Positions 1 to 13,925 are shown, numbered from the stretch's first letter. The stretch: 64,000 nt of DNA from Selaginella moellendorffii (GCF_000143415.4 NW_003314273.1:440915-504914); one strand, 5' to 3'. The notes: generated from the sequence alone by a model not told the origin. Numbers and translations are program-made.

Positions 1-1149
1 ATTTAGAGTGTAAGTTTAAAGATTTTTCTCGTTCTTACATTAATTTTCTACATTACCTCTTTCCACTTGGTTTTCTAGTGATTTCTCATGATTAATATAT
101 TGATTTTGGTTTTTCTTCCTTTGGGTCGATGCGACTTGACATCCTCTTTCCAACAAGCTAAAGAGCACCTTGTTTTGTGGAGGATTTAATTGCTAATTTA
201 ATGAAATTTTGTCCATCATGCTCCTCTGGTTTTCATGGCAAAATTTTCAACACTCTAAGCTTGTGATTTTGGGACTGATTCAAGAATTTTATTTTCTGGA
301 CATGTAAATATAAAGACAAGCTTTTCGGAGAGTTCTTTCTTGGTAGCCAATTCGCTTTAAGCTATGACATGGAGTAGTTTTTCTCTCATGGCGCTTTATA
401 GCTCAAAATTACAAGTTTCTAGCTTAATCTTGAAGGAATTTGAAGTGTCATTCTCATGGAAATCATTACGGCCATGTTATTACCTTTTACCAATGTGAAA
501 AATGAGTGTTTCTTGTACTAGGGAGTGCATTTTCTTTTGTTTTCCTTCTTATTGTCTAGAATTTAATGTTTGAATCAATTTTTTTTTGAGATTTTAGGCA
601 TTTTAACTCATGGTTTTGGTTTCATTCTCTTGGTTTGAGTATAAACTTTTAAACAAGTCCATCCACACCCATTTTTGTGTGCAAAGTCAAGAGATTTCCA
701 TGCAAATGTTTTCCTCTTAGGCATTTTGAGTATTGGAGTTTAATTTTTTCTTTTTCCCCCCTTTTCTTTGCAATATTTTTTTCTTTTGTCGTGAGAAATT
801 GGCATTTGCAAGAGTGAGAGTGATTTTATTTGGGAAAATCTACATGAGGATACTCTTTTATTTGGAGTTATCCCATTTAGATACTTTGCTCTCACACAAG
901 TCAAAGTTCTTTGTGCGTTGTATTTTCCACAACCTGGCATCTACTACACAGTGGACATTTTATGCTAGTTCACACTTGTTCCAATTAGAGATGGCAACTA
1001 GCAAACTTCCATACAGTGCCTAGGGTATGGGGACATTTTTCACACCTTTTATGAGAGCTCGATTATCAAATTACTCTTTTTGATGAGGAGGATTCATCAT
1101 TCATTACAGATATCGAGTTAGGAAGTCCACCATCCATGGCTCTTCCTAC

Positions 1150-2950
1150 ATAAATCCACATTCTACAGCGAGGCACTGACTTGACATACTTATCTGGCAA
1201 TGGCGACATCTTTGCCAATACACATGTCACTCATTTCGAGCAATATTGCATGTCGAATGGCATCATCAAGGATGATCACAAGCTTTGTGACTTCTTGCGA
1301 TTGCTCACTAGCCGAGCAGAAATGTGGGTAGAGACTCTCTTGGAGGTAGATATGGCTGACAACTCCACATTCAAAGCATCTTTCTAAGGTCACTTTGATC
1401 AGCAATGACCAACAAATCGCTTACTCATGGACTTGTTCGTTTTTTGGCAAGGAGCACGTGAATCTATACCGGAATATGTGATGTGGTTTAGGTTTTATTA
1501 GAAGGAGTGTGTCCTCATCACAAATGAACCTCATGGCATCACTACATTCATCTTTGGCCTCAAGGGCAATCTCAAATGCAAGATGCTTAAGTGAGAGTTT
1601 TGGATGTGTTATGAGGCATTTGCTATAGTAGAGACTTTGGAGTGGGATCTTCTCCAAGATCTCAAGATTCCTAGGGTAGAGGAAGTTTTCCTCCCACCTT
1701 CAGATGAGAGCTCATGTGCTACCATGATCCATTCTTCTCCAGCCCCGCACAGTGATGATAGAGTTCCCTCAATGATCGAGAAGGCATTGTCGAAGCATGC
1801 AAGATACAAGGAGATTATCTAGCAGCAATGATAAATGCAAGAGAAGCTACTTGAGGAGCTTAAAGCATGCTACTTACAGTAGGCAGGGAGACTAAGATGC
1901 CCTCTTTGTTCTTGGTACTACTCGCATTGCGATGTTATGATACACAGCATAAAGAGATGTTGGAAGCTTCACTTAGAACTTCGACCACCTTTTGTCCAAC
2001 ATGTTTAACAGTAACTTCTACCAGACAACATATTTCTTCCATGGCTAGAGATAGATACCAGCAACAATTGGAGTAGAAAGCGATCGAAGACACCCTTTCG
2101 TTGAGCTGTGGAAACACTGATGCATGTCAACATAGTTTATGTTGTAGAGGACGGTTATAAGATGGCTGCTATGACTCAAGGGCGCAAGAAGGTTTCTCCT
2201 TTAGCCCCAAATATTGATGGTGAGCAAGATCCAACTCTAGTTTCTAGAACTTCCCCATCTCTCATGGCATGTATGTTACCCCATGCTTCGGTATTTGCAA
2301 TGCCACCCACATCCTTGGCCACAACTTCAAATCCAACAATTGGATATTCATCCAACTTTCAATGTGGGGTCTCTCAGCTGCCCTCCACTCTTTCTCAAGT
2401 CCCATAAGAAGTTCTTGTTTAGATTGTTGACACTTCAATCTAGATCACACTTGGTGAGCTTTTGCAATATGTACCTGGTTTTACTCCTTAGCTAGAGGCT
2501 TTGCCAAGTCCACAAGCATCCCCATGGAACATCAGTATAACATCCACATCATCAACACTCAGACCACTTATGATCCCAAAGCATTCTTTGTGGAGGTCCA
2601 CATCAGCGATAGATCTTTGACAACACAAGCATTACTTGATTCTAGATCCTAGAGCAACATCATCTCCCTCAACTTGGCACTTTATAGTGGCTTGGAAGTG
2701 GTGAGAAACACAACTATCATCCTCAAAATGTTTGCCAATCACTAAATTGTTTCTACAAGCATCTATTGGAATGTCAAGATCTTGGTGCAAGGAGTGGTTT
2801 TAATGCTAAATTTCATTGTTGTGGACTTCCAACAGCTAGGATTTGGGAAGCTGAAGGACTCCATTATCTTAGGACGGACTTACATGACAACTTGGGCCAA
2901 GGGAGAATCAACAATTACCAACAGCATCTATGGTAGCAACTCTTCTCAAT
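1150..2950 (+). pseudogene. Decayed Ty3/gypsy gag + aspartic protease
   Basis: Gag-like pieces HVTHFEQYC..KLCDFLRLLTSRAEMWVETL..FKASF* and WQGARESIPEY. Protease-like QALLDSRS*SNIIS (LLDSG-type) and IILGRTYM (ILGxPW-type). Many stops and frameshifts. Confidence 0.75.
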
Positions 2951-5149
2951 ACCCATGGTCATTCTCTACTTCCATATAGCTTGTCTCAAGTGGATGCTTC
3001 TTCCATTATTAAAGTTGACTAGGCTCTCAAGGTTTTTTTTCTGAAACTTATCGAGGATGACACGCTGTTGGAGATCCAAGTTGTTGACTACAATATGATT
3101 GACTTCTTCAACATGGACTGGACTACATCAACACTTTTGAGTACACTTTTGACTTTCCAGCTTAGTGACTACACTCTTGGTGGCACTTCTCACCCCAAAC
3201 TGCAGTCCAACCTTGCTACTCACTTGGGATACAACCATGACATAAAGGTGGCAGGCGTTTTCTAGCAGCATCTCGACTTTTCCTTGGAGTTTCTCCCAAC
3301 TTGGCACCTCATCTTAGCTCTTCCCAAACTTAGGTTCATGGCTGGATCCCAACTTCATTCTGCTACAACACTCGAAGCATTCTTTGACACTATCGACACT
3401 TCACTCAACCACCAGATCTTCATCAGCGACACATGATGACTTCCATAGGTCCTTGGGGACACTTTCTACCATCCTCAGGAGGCTCCCATCCTTCCAAGCA
3501 GTTCCAGCATCCTAGATTCTCTTACAATGACATTATTCACCACCTTAGGCATTTTTGATACAATCTAACACTTGAGGGTGACTAAGTTAGTTTCAGTGGC
3601 ATTCTAGGCATTTTATAGGATTCCTTGCATCCTCTTGATGCTTCCATCATCATCACCCATCACAGAAGCCACTTGCACTTATTTTTTTACTTTTTTGTTT
3701 TTTTTTTGTTTTTCTTTCTGCTCTCACTCTTTTTACATCTTTCAGGTCAAGGAATTATGTGGAGAAAGTCTCTTTTAATGAACACACTTTAGCTGTATTA
3801 TTGATTGTATGAAAATTTCTCGACTCTTGTTGATTTGTGCTTCATTTCTTTAGTTTTCTTCCCTACATCAGTTCCATCCTCACATTTTCATCACCATTCT
3901 ATATCATCTATACTCTAGAATTCTCTACCACACACTACACATACCTAATAATATCTTTCACATTTTCCACCATTCATTATCCATTCATACTAGACATTTA
4001 TGGACAACACTTCATTATAAAAGCTCTTCCAGACAAGCAAAAACACAAATCAAGATATTCTCATGCACAACATGTAAGATATTCAATGAACTAGTCACAT
4101 ATTGCAACTTTCTTCTTTTTAAAACTAATTTCTTCTTCTAGTAGAATAGCTTGATTGCAAAGGGCATCCTTGAGTAGTAGTCCAGCAGTTTTTGGTGTGA
4201 GTAGTAGCTATGACTTCACATTTCACTACATCAGATTAGAGCCCATCCTTGGACACACTCAATCATATCATCCATCTACCAAAATCCCCTATCATCACTT
4301 TCTTCCAATATAGTTCATCTTCTATTTCATAGTTACCACCATTAGGCAATACAGTCCTTATGCTTTCTTCTTCATTCTCAGCCAAAGTTTTGAGCACAAA
4401 CTACATGAGCTTGAGGTTGCATTTGCATATTCACTTTTCAGAGTGTTTGAACTTCTTTCCATTTGGTTTTTTTACTCTTTTCTTCTCATTTTTCCCTTTT
4501 TTCCTACTTTCTTGAATATCTAATTGAACTACATAGTTTCCCATTGGGTTTTCCTTGTATCTTTGCACTTTAAACTCTTTTCCCATCTTCTACTTTCATC
4601 TTTATTTTATTTTTTATTTCCATCTCTTGTTTTCTTTCCCATTTCTCTTTGTTTCAGCAATTACCCACTCTAGACACTACATTCTAGCATATGGGAGCAT
4701 CTTAGCCATGGGTTCTTGCGCACCAAAATCTTGTGCACCCATCAATAGTTGTTTGTTGTAGCACTAGCTCATTGCCACCTTCTCCTCGCATCACATGTTG
4801 CAGCTAAAGAAGCAACTCTTACTCTTGCTCCTAACCCTACTCTTGCCCCACTCCTACTCTTACCTTTGCCCCTATTTTTATTCCTACTCCTACTACTGCT
4901 CTTGCTCCCACTACTACTCCTACTCCTACTCCCCAGTTGTAGATATGGGTGTCTTGAGAGAGAGGGAGAGGATATTTTGATTCTTAAAATATTCTAAACG
5001 ATTGTATAAAAACCATGTGAAGGTGAAATATCAAGGGTCCTCCTCATTTTCTCTTGTTGTTGAGTTTGAAGTTGCAGCTTTGTGAGTTTATATGTGAGGG
5101 ATGGATCCATAATTGGGGCTAAAAGATGCCCTAATAGATACTCTTTCCA

Positions 5150-6138
5150 CCTTTTGCCTTTGGGTGCCCTAGCCATGTGGCTAGAGTAAGGTTTTGATGA
5201 GCAATGCCAGGTATCCAAGTAGGTAGTGCCACCCACACTTAGATTAGGAGCATTGACTATTTAATCTCCTAGGGGAGTTAGAGTTAGATCTTGAATATTT
5301 CACCAAGTTACCCCACTTGTCTGTCTATATTCACTTTAGTCTTGGACTCCTCAATAGTTATATCATCACCCACCACATGGGTATAACCTTCCTTAGCCAC
5401 ATTGGTTTTACTAGCTAAACTAATTCCACTGAAGTCCTCCCCTTACTATCCTTTTAAAGCTCACTTGGGAAATAATTGCTTTGGGATTTCACTTCAGATT
5501 CAAACTCAAACTTGGACTAGGTCTTGGACTCAGTCTTGGACTCGGTCTTGGACCCGGTCTTGGACTCGGTCTGGGTCTTGGCCTCTATCTTGGTCTCAGT
5601 CCCGGTCCCTATCTCAAGCTCCATTTTGGGCTCCATCTTAGACTCCTTCTTAGACTCCATCTAGACTCGATCTTGGGTCCATCTCAAACTCTATCTCAGG
5701 CTCCATCTTGGGTCCATCTCGGGTCCATCTCGGACTCTTTCTCGGGCTCCATCTCGCATCCATCTCAAACTTCAATTCGGACTCTATCTTGGACTCTTCG
5801 GATTCCATCTCAGGTCCATCTCGGACTCAATTATGACACTTCCACGTGTCATATGTTGATCCTTTTGTTTCTCTTTTCTAGAGGCTTGTTTATTGATTGC
5901 TTTATGCTTTCAATGGGAGTTCCACTCTTGCTCTCAACTTTTTGAGTTAAAACTTTTAGTCTAAATGTGTTATGCTTGTCTAGCTTCCACTTCAACCACT
6001 ACCACATGGCACCCTCTTAGCTCCACTCTAGATAGCTATTGTTTGAGGATGCAAGAAGAGAAAAGATAGAAAGGTTTTAATTTCCCTTAAACTACTTAAA
6101 TGGTCTAGAGTTTAGGGTTTAAGGATTTGTGTCTCATA
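5150..6138 (-). mobile_element. Old, diverged family-A-like LTR fragment (same orientation as element A); paralogue ~40150-41141
   Basis: Shares ggtatccaagtaggtagtgccacccacactt, a degenerate CTCGGACTCCAT array and the terminus tttgtgtctcata (cf. ...tctcaca in A) with LTR A. Confidence 0.8.
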
Positions 6139-6157
6139 GAAGTGTAGGTGTTACTAC

Positions 6158-8095
6158 TGTAAGCGACTAATTTTTTCATTCTACTTTAGTCACTTAACCA
6201 CACCTACAACCACTTGGAGGAGTCTCACTCACAACCTCCATAAGTCCTATTTCAGACTTAGGCTTGCTAGCCTCGAGAATGGCATCCCCGCCACTCAACC
6301 TTTGCACTTGATCCAAGTGCTCCACGTGTCCGATCCCATGACTGACACTCCAAGGTACCACCGACATATCAGCCCGTTACGCTAAGGCCATAACCCTTTA
6401 CCTTGGTCACACCGGTGGTCTAACACCACCTGCATCACAGTCCTATTTCTCAAGGACTGAGCCATCCGTCCATGAGTGATCATCCCAGATCCACTCCTTA
6501 GCATCCTTAGGATGCCCACAGACATGGGGAATAGCCTTCCCCAATACCCCTTTTCCGGTCTTCACCAAATCCCGTTCTGCCCATGGCCGTGTTCGCCAAC
6601 ACTGCCACTGGATCGAGGCTCACAGGCCCGACCACTAAGTCCCACGGTCCTCTGGGACTTCCTCACCACTCGGTTGTATCCTTAGTCACTACACCGGAGG
6701 ACTACTCCTCTTCCTTTCCACAGTCTGGGCCTTTGGGACAACATTTCGGAACACCGTGGCCCTACGCGGGCCTCATGGGTACTCTCCCTGCCTTCCGCCT
6801 TTGGGTGCTCTAGCCATGGGCTTAGAGCGAGGTTCCGTTGAGCCACGCCTGGTATCCAAGTAGGTAGTGCCACCCACACTTGGACTGGAAGCATCGGCCA
6901 ATCGATCTTCCGGGGGAACTAGAGCTGGCTCTTGAACGCTTCACCAAGCTACCTCGCTTGTCGGTCCGTATTCACTCTAGTCTTGGACTTCCCAGTGGTC
7001 AGTTCATCACCCAACACTGGGTCTGGCCTTCCTGGGCCAAACTGGCCTTTCCTGGCCAACCTGGCCTTTCCTGGCCAAATTGGCTCCACTGCAGTCCTCC
7101 CCCTTACTATACTTTTGGAGCTCACCAAACCCCCTAGGGTCTGGGAGACGAACGCTTTGGGCTTTCACCCTCTCAGACTCAAACTCGGACTCGGACTCGG
7201 ACTCGAACTCAGACTCGGACTCGGACTCAGACTTGGACTCGGACTCGGACTCGGGCTCGGTCTCGGCCTCCGCCTTGGTCTCGGTCTCGATCTTGGTCCC
7301 GGTCCCGGTCTCGACCTTGGACTCCATCTCGGATTCCATCTCGGGTCCATCTCGGACTCCATCTCGGACTCAGTCTTGGTCCATCTCAGACTCCATCTCG
7401 GACTCCGTCTCGGTCCGTCTCGGACTCCATCTCGGGCCATCTCGGACTCCATCTCGGACTCCATCTCGGACTCCACTTCGGACTCCGTCTTGGACTCCAT
7501 CTCGGTCCATCTCGGACTCCACCTTGGACTCCACCTCGGACTCCATCTCGGACTCCGTCTTGGTCCATCTCGGACTCCATCTCGGACTCCACCTCAGACT
7601 CTACCTTGGATTCCATCTCGGACTCCATCTCGGACTCCACCTCGGACTCCATCTCGGACTCCGTCTTGGTCCATCTCGGACTCTATCTCGGACTCCGTCT
7701 TGGTCCATCTCGGACTCCATCTCGGACTCCGTCTTGGTCCATCTCGGACTCCATCTTGGTCCATCTCAGACTCCATCTCGGACTCCAACTCTGGTCCATC
7801 TCGGATTCCATCTCGGACTCCAACTTGGGTCCATCTCGGACTCCATCTCGGACTCTGTCTCGGTCCATCTCAGACACTTCCACGTGCCATGTGTTGGTCC
7901 TTTTGGGTCCCTTTTTGAAGCCTCACTTTGTGCTTGTTCCTCGAGCACTTTGTTGGGAGTGCCACTCTTGCTCTCGACCTTTCAAGTCGGAGCTTTTAGT
8001 CCAAACGTGTTACACTCGTTTGGCTTTCACTTCGGCCACTACCACATGGCGCTCTTCCGGCTCCACTTTGGGGCCTATGGATTTTGTGTCTCACA
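6158..8095 (-). repeat. Family A 3' LTR (1938 bp)
   Basis: tgtaagcg...gtctcaca; near-identical to 12123-13925 outside the minisatellite. Confidence 0.95.
7175..7875. repeat. 6/12-bp minisatellite (CTCGGA / CTCGGACTCCAT) inside LTR A; counterpart ~13125-13705
   Basis: Directly visible. It produces the spurious SDSI/GLHL/ESEM/SPRW ORFs on both strands. Confidence 0.95.
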
Positions 8096-8110
8096 ACTCC
8101 ACCACCCATA
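8096..8110 (-). promoter_or_regulatory. Polypurine tract (element A)
   Basis: Minus strand reads TATGGGTGGTGGAGT immediately before the 3' LTR. Confidence 0.7.
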
Positions 8111-11100
8111 AACGAAGTTCGATGTCCTCATCGAACGGTAAACCTTTTTATAAAGTAACACCCGCAAGTATTATCATTTCCATCCTTGGCACCTAGCCAA
8201 TATTTGCCTTTGGTTTGACCCCGAAGGCTCACCATGCCTTGTCCATCCTCTAAGGGGCATAGTCTCTCCAACATAGAGACTCACTTGACCACCTAGGGTG
8301 GTTTGCTCCCTTTTATTGGTTCAGTTCTCGCTAAACCCATTAGAGATACCCTCTCTAACTCAATTTCACTACTCATTCTCAAGTAGTCTCAGATTCCATT
8401 GACATAACCTCTACACTTTGGAACTTCTAATTTTGACTTCTCCGAGTCAATTTCCTAGGTGTCTCTGACACCTTACACTGCACATGGTGCAACTCCACCT
8501 CCCTATCCTAGGAAGTTCTTTACTTGAGGGTACCATCATCCTCTCTTCGATATCGTGCCACCTTTGGGCACCAAGTTCCAGTTATCATAATTGGTGCTAG
8601 GGCTGCCCATGGCCCTATTATTTGGCTACCTTACCGCTCCCCCCTTTAGAGCATCCACTTTCGCCAAATCGGAGCAGTTGGGAATCCATCCTTGGGGAAA
8701 CATTGCCTTTCCCACAATCCATTAACACCCAACACATTAGTGTTCTCGGCTTAACTTTGCCATTTGGATTCTTTCCCATGATTCCCATGGCTCTTTTCTT
8801 AGCCACTAATCTTTTGCTCCTATCCTTGATTGTTGCACCCAACAACATAGGATCGCTACCTCCATTTTTGAGGTTTCCTTTCAGTTCCATAGCAAACACT
8901 TTGCTTTGCCAAGTCCAAAGGGTGTTCACCCCTAGTATGTCTCTTTAACATTTTCTGTCGTGGGCTCTATCCACGGCCCAACTTTTTGAGACCCTCCCTT
9001 GGATCTCTTATAGAGACTACTTTCCTTGGACTTACTATGCCATAGCATTGACACAACTCATTTCCCTTAGGTGTTCTTCCCACTTGGTCACCTCGACCAA
9101 GCCACACCTTTATCAATAGTTCAAATCAACACTTGAACTAGGAATCATATTCCTTAACCCAAACAAAGACTTTGTCCTTGTTTAGCCACAAGATCACCTA
9201 GTGATCTCATCTTGACCCCTTAATAGGTCTATCAATAGGAACTAGGTCTTCCAGACCCTTCTAAGTTGTTGGCTATGACCCCAGGGGCATCCCCCACACT
9301 TGGCGGTGTGCCCAAGCCAGCCCTTTCGGCCAAGGATCCATAGCAATTGAGACTTGGGTGTCCCCATCTCATTCACCACGTCCTTGGTGCCCTTTGCACC
9401 AAAGTGTTCAAGTTAGATATGCCGAACTTTCACTCTAAGCGATCTAACCGTGCATCACGACTCCGAGGCATCCCTCGCTTGGCGGTGTGCCCAAACCAGT
9501 CTCCTCACTGAGAGTCCATGACCACCGAAATATGAGTGTCCTCATATTCCAAACCATCACCACGCCCTAGTGATTTGGGACTCGAACCCAAGCACTAGAG
9601 GGTCGGGACTCGAACCCAACCTCCGTATATGCATCTACGGATGACATCACACCGGATGCCTGGCGTGACTCCCCACGCCGGTGCACCAACTTATATTTAA
9701 AGCGCGCTACAGATCACAACTTAGGAACCTAGTTCCCCCGCACTGCCAAGTCCTCTCGCTTGACAAGTTTGTGATCATGCATGAACTCCTCCATGCTCGG
9801 CCCTATGGCCCACCCTTTTTGAAGTTATCACCTTCAACTAGGGCATTGGTTCCCCCGACTTGCCAATCTCGCTTGGCAAGTCCTCCGACCACTGTAACAT
9901 GGTTCCTGCATAAGCGTGAAAGTCCTTGACCATCGACTTTCGTTCAAAGCCCTCTCTTTGAACACTCGGGAACTACTTCCTTAACCTTGATATCCTTGCC
10001 TCATGGCAAGCTTCAAGACCATGCTTCTGTTGCGCCATTTTGATTTCGCGCGTTCCATGAACCATTTACACTTGGCTTTTCTATGTACTAAGCTACCTAG
10101 AATCGTCTTTGGGAACCTTGAAGGAACTTTGTCCCTTAGCTTGCTAAGGCCTCCCTTTCCGCAAGCTTTATAGTTGCCATATAGTCTAATATGGACAATT
10201 CCATTTTTTAGACTCTCCATGGCATCACGGTTGCTAGCAACAACATCCTCGAGCACCTTCTTGATTCTCCACTCCCAACTTGCATAATCACTGTTGGTTA
10301 TGCTTTTTGATTTCTATGGTTCAGTTCCATCCCAATACTACTTGCCTTTTGGCCCCATATGTTTCCTTTGGTTATTCTCCTCCAGACTAGGAGGATAGCT
10401 TTGCACATTTTACTATGCCTTAGCAAGTATTCTTGGGGATGAACCTACCCGATAGCTTAGGGAGTGGTTCCTCAATCTTGGGCATACTCACCTTATAATC
10501 CCACACATCACTAGTCTTGCCAAAATTCCATTTTTGGCTTTGTCCAATTCGGGTAGACAGTCTTCTCCTGTCTCCACAACCTTGGACATTTGGATAGCAC
10601 CTACTATCCATCCTTCGCTAGGGACTTAGTCCCTTGGGCCTTATCTATTGCCCTTGCGACACGAAACACCACCTTCTAGTGTTCTAGAGTGTTTGGGTGT
10701 CCCAATGATGGCCTCCTGACAATAAGCATTCCCGTTTACAACATTAATTTACTATATCGCAACATAAGCAATTTATCCCTCGTAAGGGTATATCTAACTT
10801 CCTTATGCCATTAAGAAGTCTTGGGTATCTACCTTCTACCTATTTAACCAATTATTTTGCACCTCTTGCTTATTTGCCCCATAGTTGTCAAGTCCTACAA
10901 CTCATTGCTTGGTGCTTCCACACCTCCATCATTATCTGGGTCACCACACTCCAACCGCATGCCTTCCAGCTTAGGCCACGCCATTCCCGCTTCCGTTGGG
11001 ATTCCCTCGGCAAGGGGTTCTTATGAACCCACTATCATAACCTCAAGGTATCACACCTTGGCACATTTGGTGTCTCCACACCATCGGCCCCACGAACCTA

Positions 11101-12107
11101 CCCTTATGACACTACTTATTAGTGCCTAGGACTTTGCCAAGATCAATATAGTTGTTCCTCATATTAACTATCCGTTAGCACCGCACAATAGTGTTTGCAG
11201 CCAACTCTGGGCCAAAGTTGCTTTCTTCTAGGAACATCTTTCCCACAACTTTAGTATGGCACATTCTACCATCAATGAGATACCTACTGTTCTCATACTT
11301 GGATCTTATGATCCTCCCCATACCTCATGGGCACCATACACCTCAGTCCAAATGCTCCAACCAATCCCTTAGGACCATTCCCTGACTCCGCTTGAGTCAT
11401 CCAGCATTTTGGACTTTGCTAATCCAACAACCTGCGAAGTCTCAATCTTAGAGGTGCCAACTCATTGGAATACAACTTCTTGTATTCATGTCCTACTCAC
11501 AAGGACAATCTTTGCAAATGTTACTCTGACACTTAATGATTTTCTTTGGGCTAACCTTTGCCCCTTAGGACTACTTGTCCATGTGATGAGAATAGTAACT
11601 CATCTTTAAGTACACCCCCAACTCCTTGGGTTTTTCTAGCATTTGTTAGAGGTAGCCCCGGCTACCATTTCAAGGATTGGTGTCCTCTTCTGTATTTGAC
11701 CTCCCACGGTCAACAATTCCAGTCTCAAATTTATGAGTACCAGCCTCAACTATATAAGGGTAGTCTTGTGACTCCTTTATTGTTTTGGAGTCTACATCTT
11801 TCCCGTGATCCCAACTATAGTTGTTTACCACAACTATATTAGCCCGTTTGCTATGTCAAACGCTCATCTGGATCACATCCTCAACTCTCTGAGAAAACCC
11901 TTATACTGTTCCCAAGATCCCAAAGTCGTTCCCTTACTGGCCCTCTTCCATCCACCACCTCGTGCATGAGTTCACGCATGAACTTGAGTGGAGAGCCATG
12001 TCCTTTCGACATGCTACTCCTCGAGGATAGGTCCATATCTAGAACCTTCCAACTCCAATACAAGTGGTGATATGCTTGGCCACCAATAAGAGTCGGACTA
12101 AGGAACA

Positions 12108-12119
12108 GCTCTGATACCA
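12108..12119 (-). promoter_or_regulatory. Primer-binding site for tRNA-iMet (element A)
   Basis: Minus strand reads TGGTATCAGAGC, 3 nt inside the LTR end. Confidence 0.93.
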
Positions 12120-12122
12120 AGT

Positions 12123-13925
12123 TGTAAGCGACTAATTTTTTCATTCTACTTTAGTCACTTAACCACACCTACAACCACTTGGAGGAGTCTCACTTACAAC
12201 CTCCATAAGTCCTATTTCAGACTTGGGCTTGCTAGCCTCGAGAATGGCATCCCCGCCACTCAACTTTTGCACTTGATCCAAGTGCTCCACGTGTCCGATC
12301 CCATGACTGACACCCCAAGGTACCACTGATATATCAGCCCGTTACGCTAAGGCCATAACCCTTTACCTTGGTCACACCGGTGGTCTAACACCACCTGCAT
12401 CACAGTCCCATTTCTCAAGGACTGAGCCATCCGTCCATGAGTGATCATCCCAGATCCACTCCTTAGCATCCTTAGGATGCCCATAGACATGGGGAATAGC
12501 CTTCCCCAATACCCCTTTTCCGGTCTTCACCAAATCCCGTTCTGCCCATGGCCGTGTTCGCCAACACTGCCACTGGATCGAGGCCCACAGGCCCGACCAC
12601 TAAGTCCCACGGTCCTCTGGGACTTCCTCACCACTCGGTTGTATCCTTGGTCACTACACCGGAGGACTACTCCTCTTCCTTTCCACAGTCTGGGCCTTTG
12701 GGACAACATTTCGGAACACCGTGGCCCTACGCGGGCCTCATGGGTACTCTCCCTGCCTTCCGCCTTTGGGTGCTCTAGCCATGGGCTTAGAGCGAGGTTC
12801 CGTTGAGCCACGCCTGGTATCCAAGTAGGTAGTGCCACCCACACTTGGACTAGGAGCATCAGCCAATCGATCTCCTGGGGGAACTAGAGCCGGCTCTTGA
12901 ACGCTTCACCAAGCTACCTCGCTTGTCGGTCCGTATTCACTCTAGTCTTGGACTTCCTAATGGTCAATTCATCACCCAACATTGCGTCTGGCCTTCCTGG
13001 GCCAAACTGGCCTTTCCTGGCCAAACTGGCTCCACTGCAGTCCTCCCCCTTACTATACTTTTGGAGCTCACCAAACCCCCCAGGGTCTGGGAGACGAACG
13101 CTTTGGGCTTTCACCTTCTTAGACTCAAACTTGGACTCGGACTCAGACTCGGACTCGGACTCGGGCTCGGTCTCGGCCTCCGCCTTGGTCTTGGTCTTGG
13201 TCCCAATCTCGGTCTCGGTCTCGGTCTCGGTCCCGGTCTCGGTCTCGACCTTGGACTCCATCTCGGGTCCTTCTCGGACTCCATCTCGGATTCCATCTCG
13301 GGTCCATCTCGGACTCCATCTCGGACTCCGTCTCGGTCCATCTCGGACTCCATCTCGGACTCAGTCTCGGTCCGTCTCGGACTCCATCTCGGACTCCGTC
13401 TCGGTCTGTCTCGGACTCCATCTCGGACTCCACTTCGGACTCCGTCTCGGACTCCGTCTCGGTCCATCTCGGACTCCACCTCGGACTCCACCTTGGACTC
13501 CATCTCGGACTCCATCTCGGACTCCACCTCGGACTCCATCTTGGACTCCGTCTTGGTGCATCTCGGACTCCATCTCGGACTCCGTCTTGGTCCATCTTGG
13601 ACTCCATCTTGGTCCATCTCGGACTCCATCTCGGACTCCAACTCGGGTGCATCTCAGATTCCATCTCGGACTCCATCTCGGACTCCGTCTCGGTCCATCT
13701 CGGACACTTCCACGTGCCATGTGTTGGTCCTTTTGGGTCCCTTTTTGAAGCCTCACTTTGTGCTTGTTCCTCGAGCACTTTGTTGGGAGTTCCACTCCCG
13801 CTCTCGACCTTTCAAGTCGAAGCTTTTAGTCCAAACGTGTTATGCTCGTTTGGCTTTTGCTTCGGCCACTACCACGTGGCGCCCTTTCGGCTCCACTTTG
13901 AGGCCTATGGATTTTGTGTCTCACA
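12123..13925 (-). repeat. Family A 5' LTR (1803 bp)
   Basis: tgtaagcg...gtctcaca, adjacent to the PBS. Confidence 0.95.

Larger units (their letters stand above)
6158..13925 (-). mobile_element. Complete LTR element, family A; apparently non-autonomous (LARD-like), 7768 bp
   Basis: Two TG..CA LTRs (6158-8095, 12123-13925). TSD ACTAC at 6153-6157 and 13926-13930, with a single ACTAC at the empty site 41156-41160. PBS and PPT on the minus strand. No pol motifs seen in the 4-kb internal region. Confidence 0.95.

Noticed and set aside
4749-4997. Signal-peptide-like Leu-rich or TP-repeat ORFs (also 35559-35794 and 39721-40018)
   Set aside because: Products of a degenerate (CTCCTA)n-type tract in old repeat DNA.
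7175-7875. CRISPR-like repeat array
   Set aside because: Contiguous 6/12-bp units with no unique spacers, inside an LTR in eukaryotic DNA.
6932-8196. Long ORFs (328-349 aa) with SDSI/GLHL/SRTP repeats here and at 12897-13972
   Set aside because: They come from the stop-poor 6/12-bp LTR minisatellite and are open in several frames on both strands.
9575-9619. tRNA gene
   Set aside because: Only T-arm-like motifs are present; no cloverleaf, D-arm or acceptor stem found.
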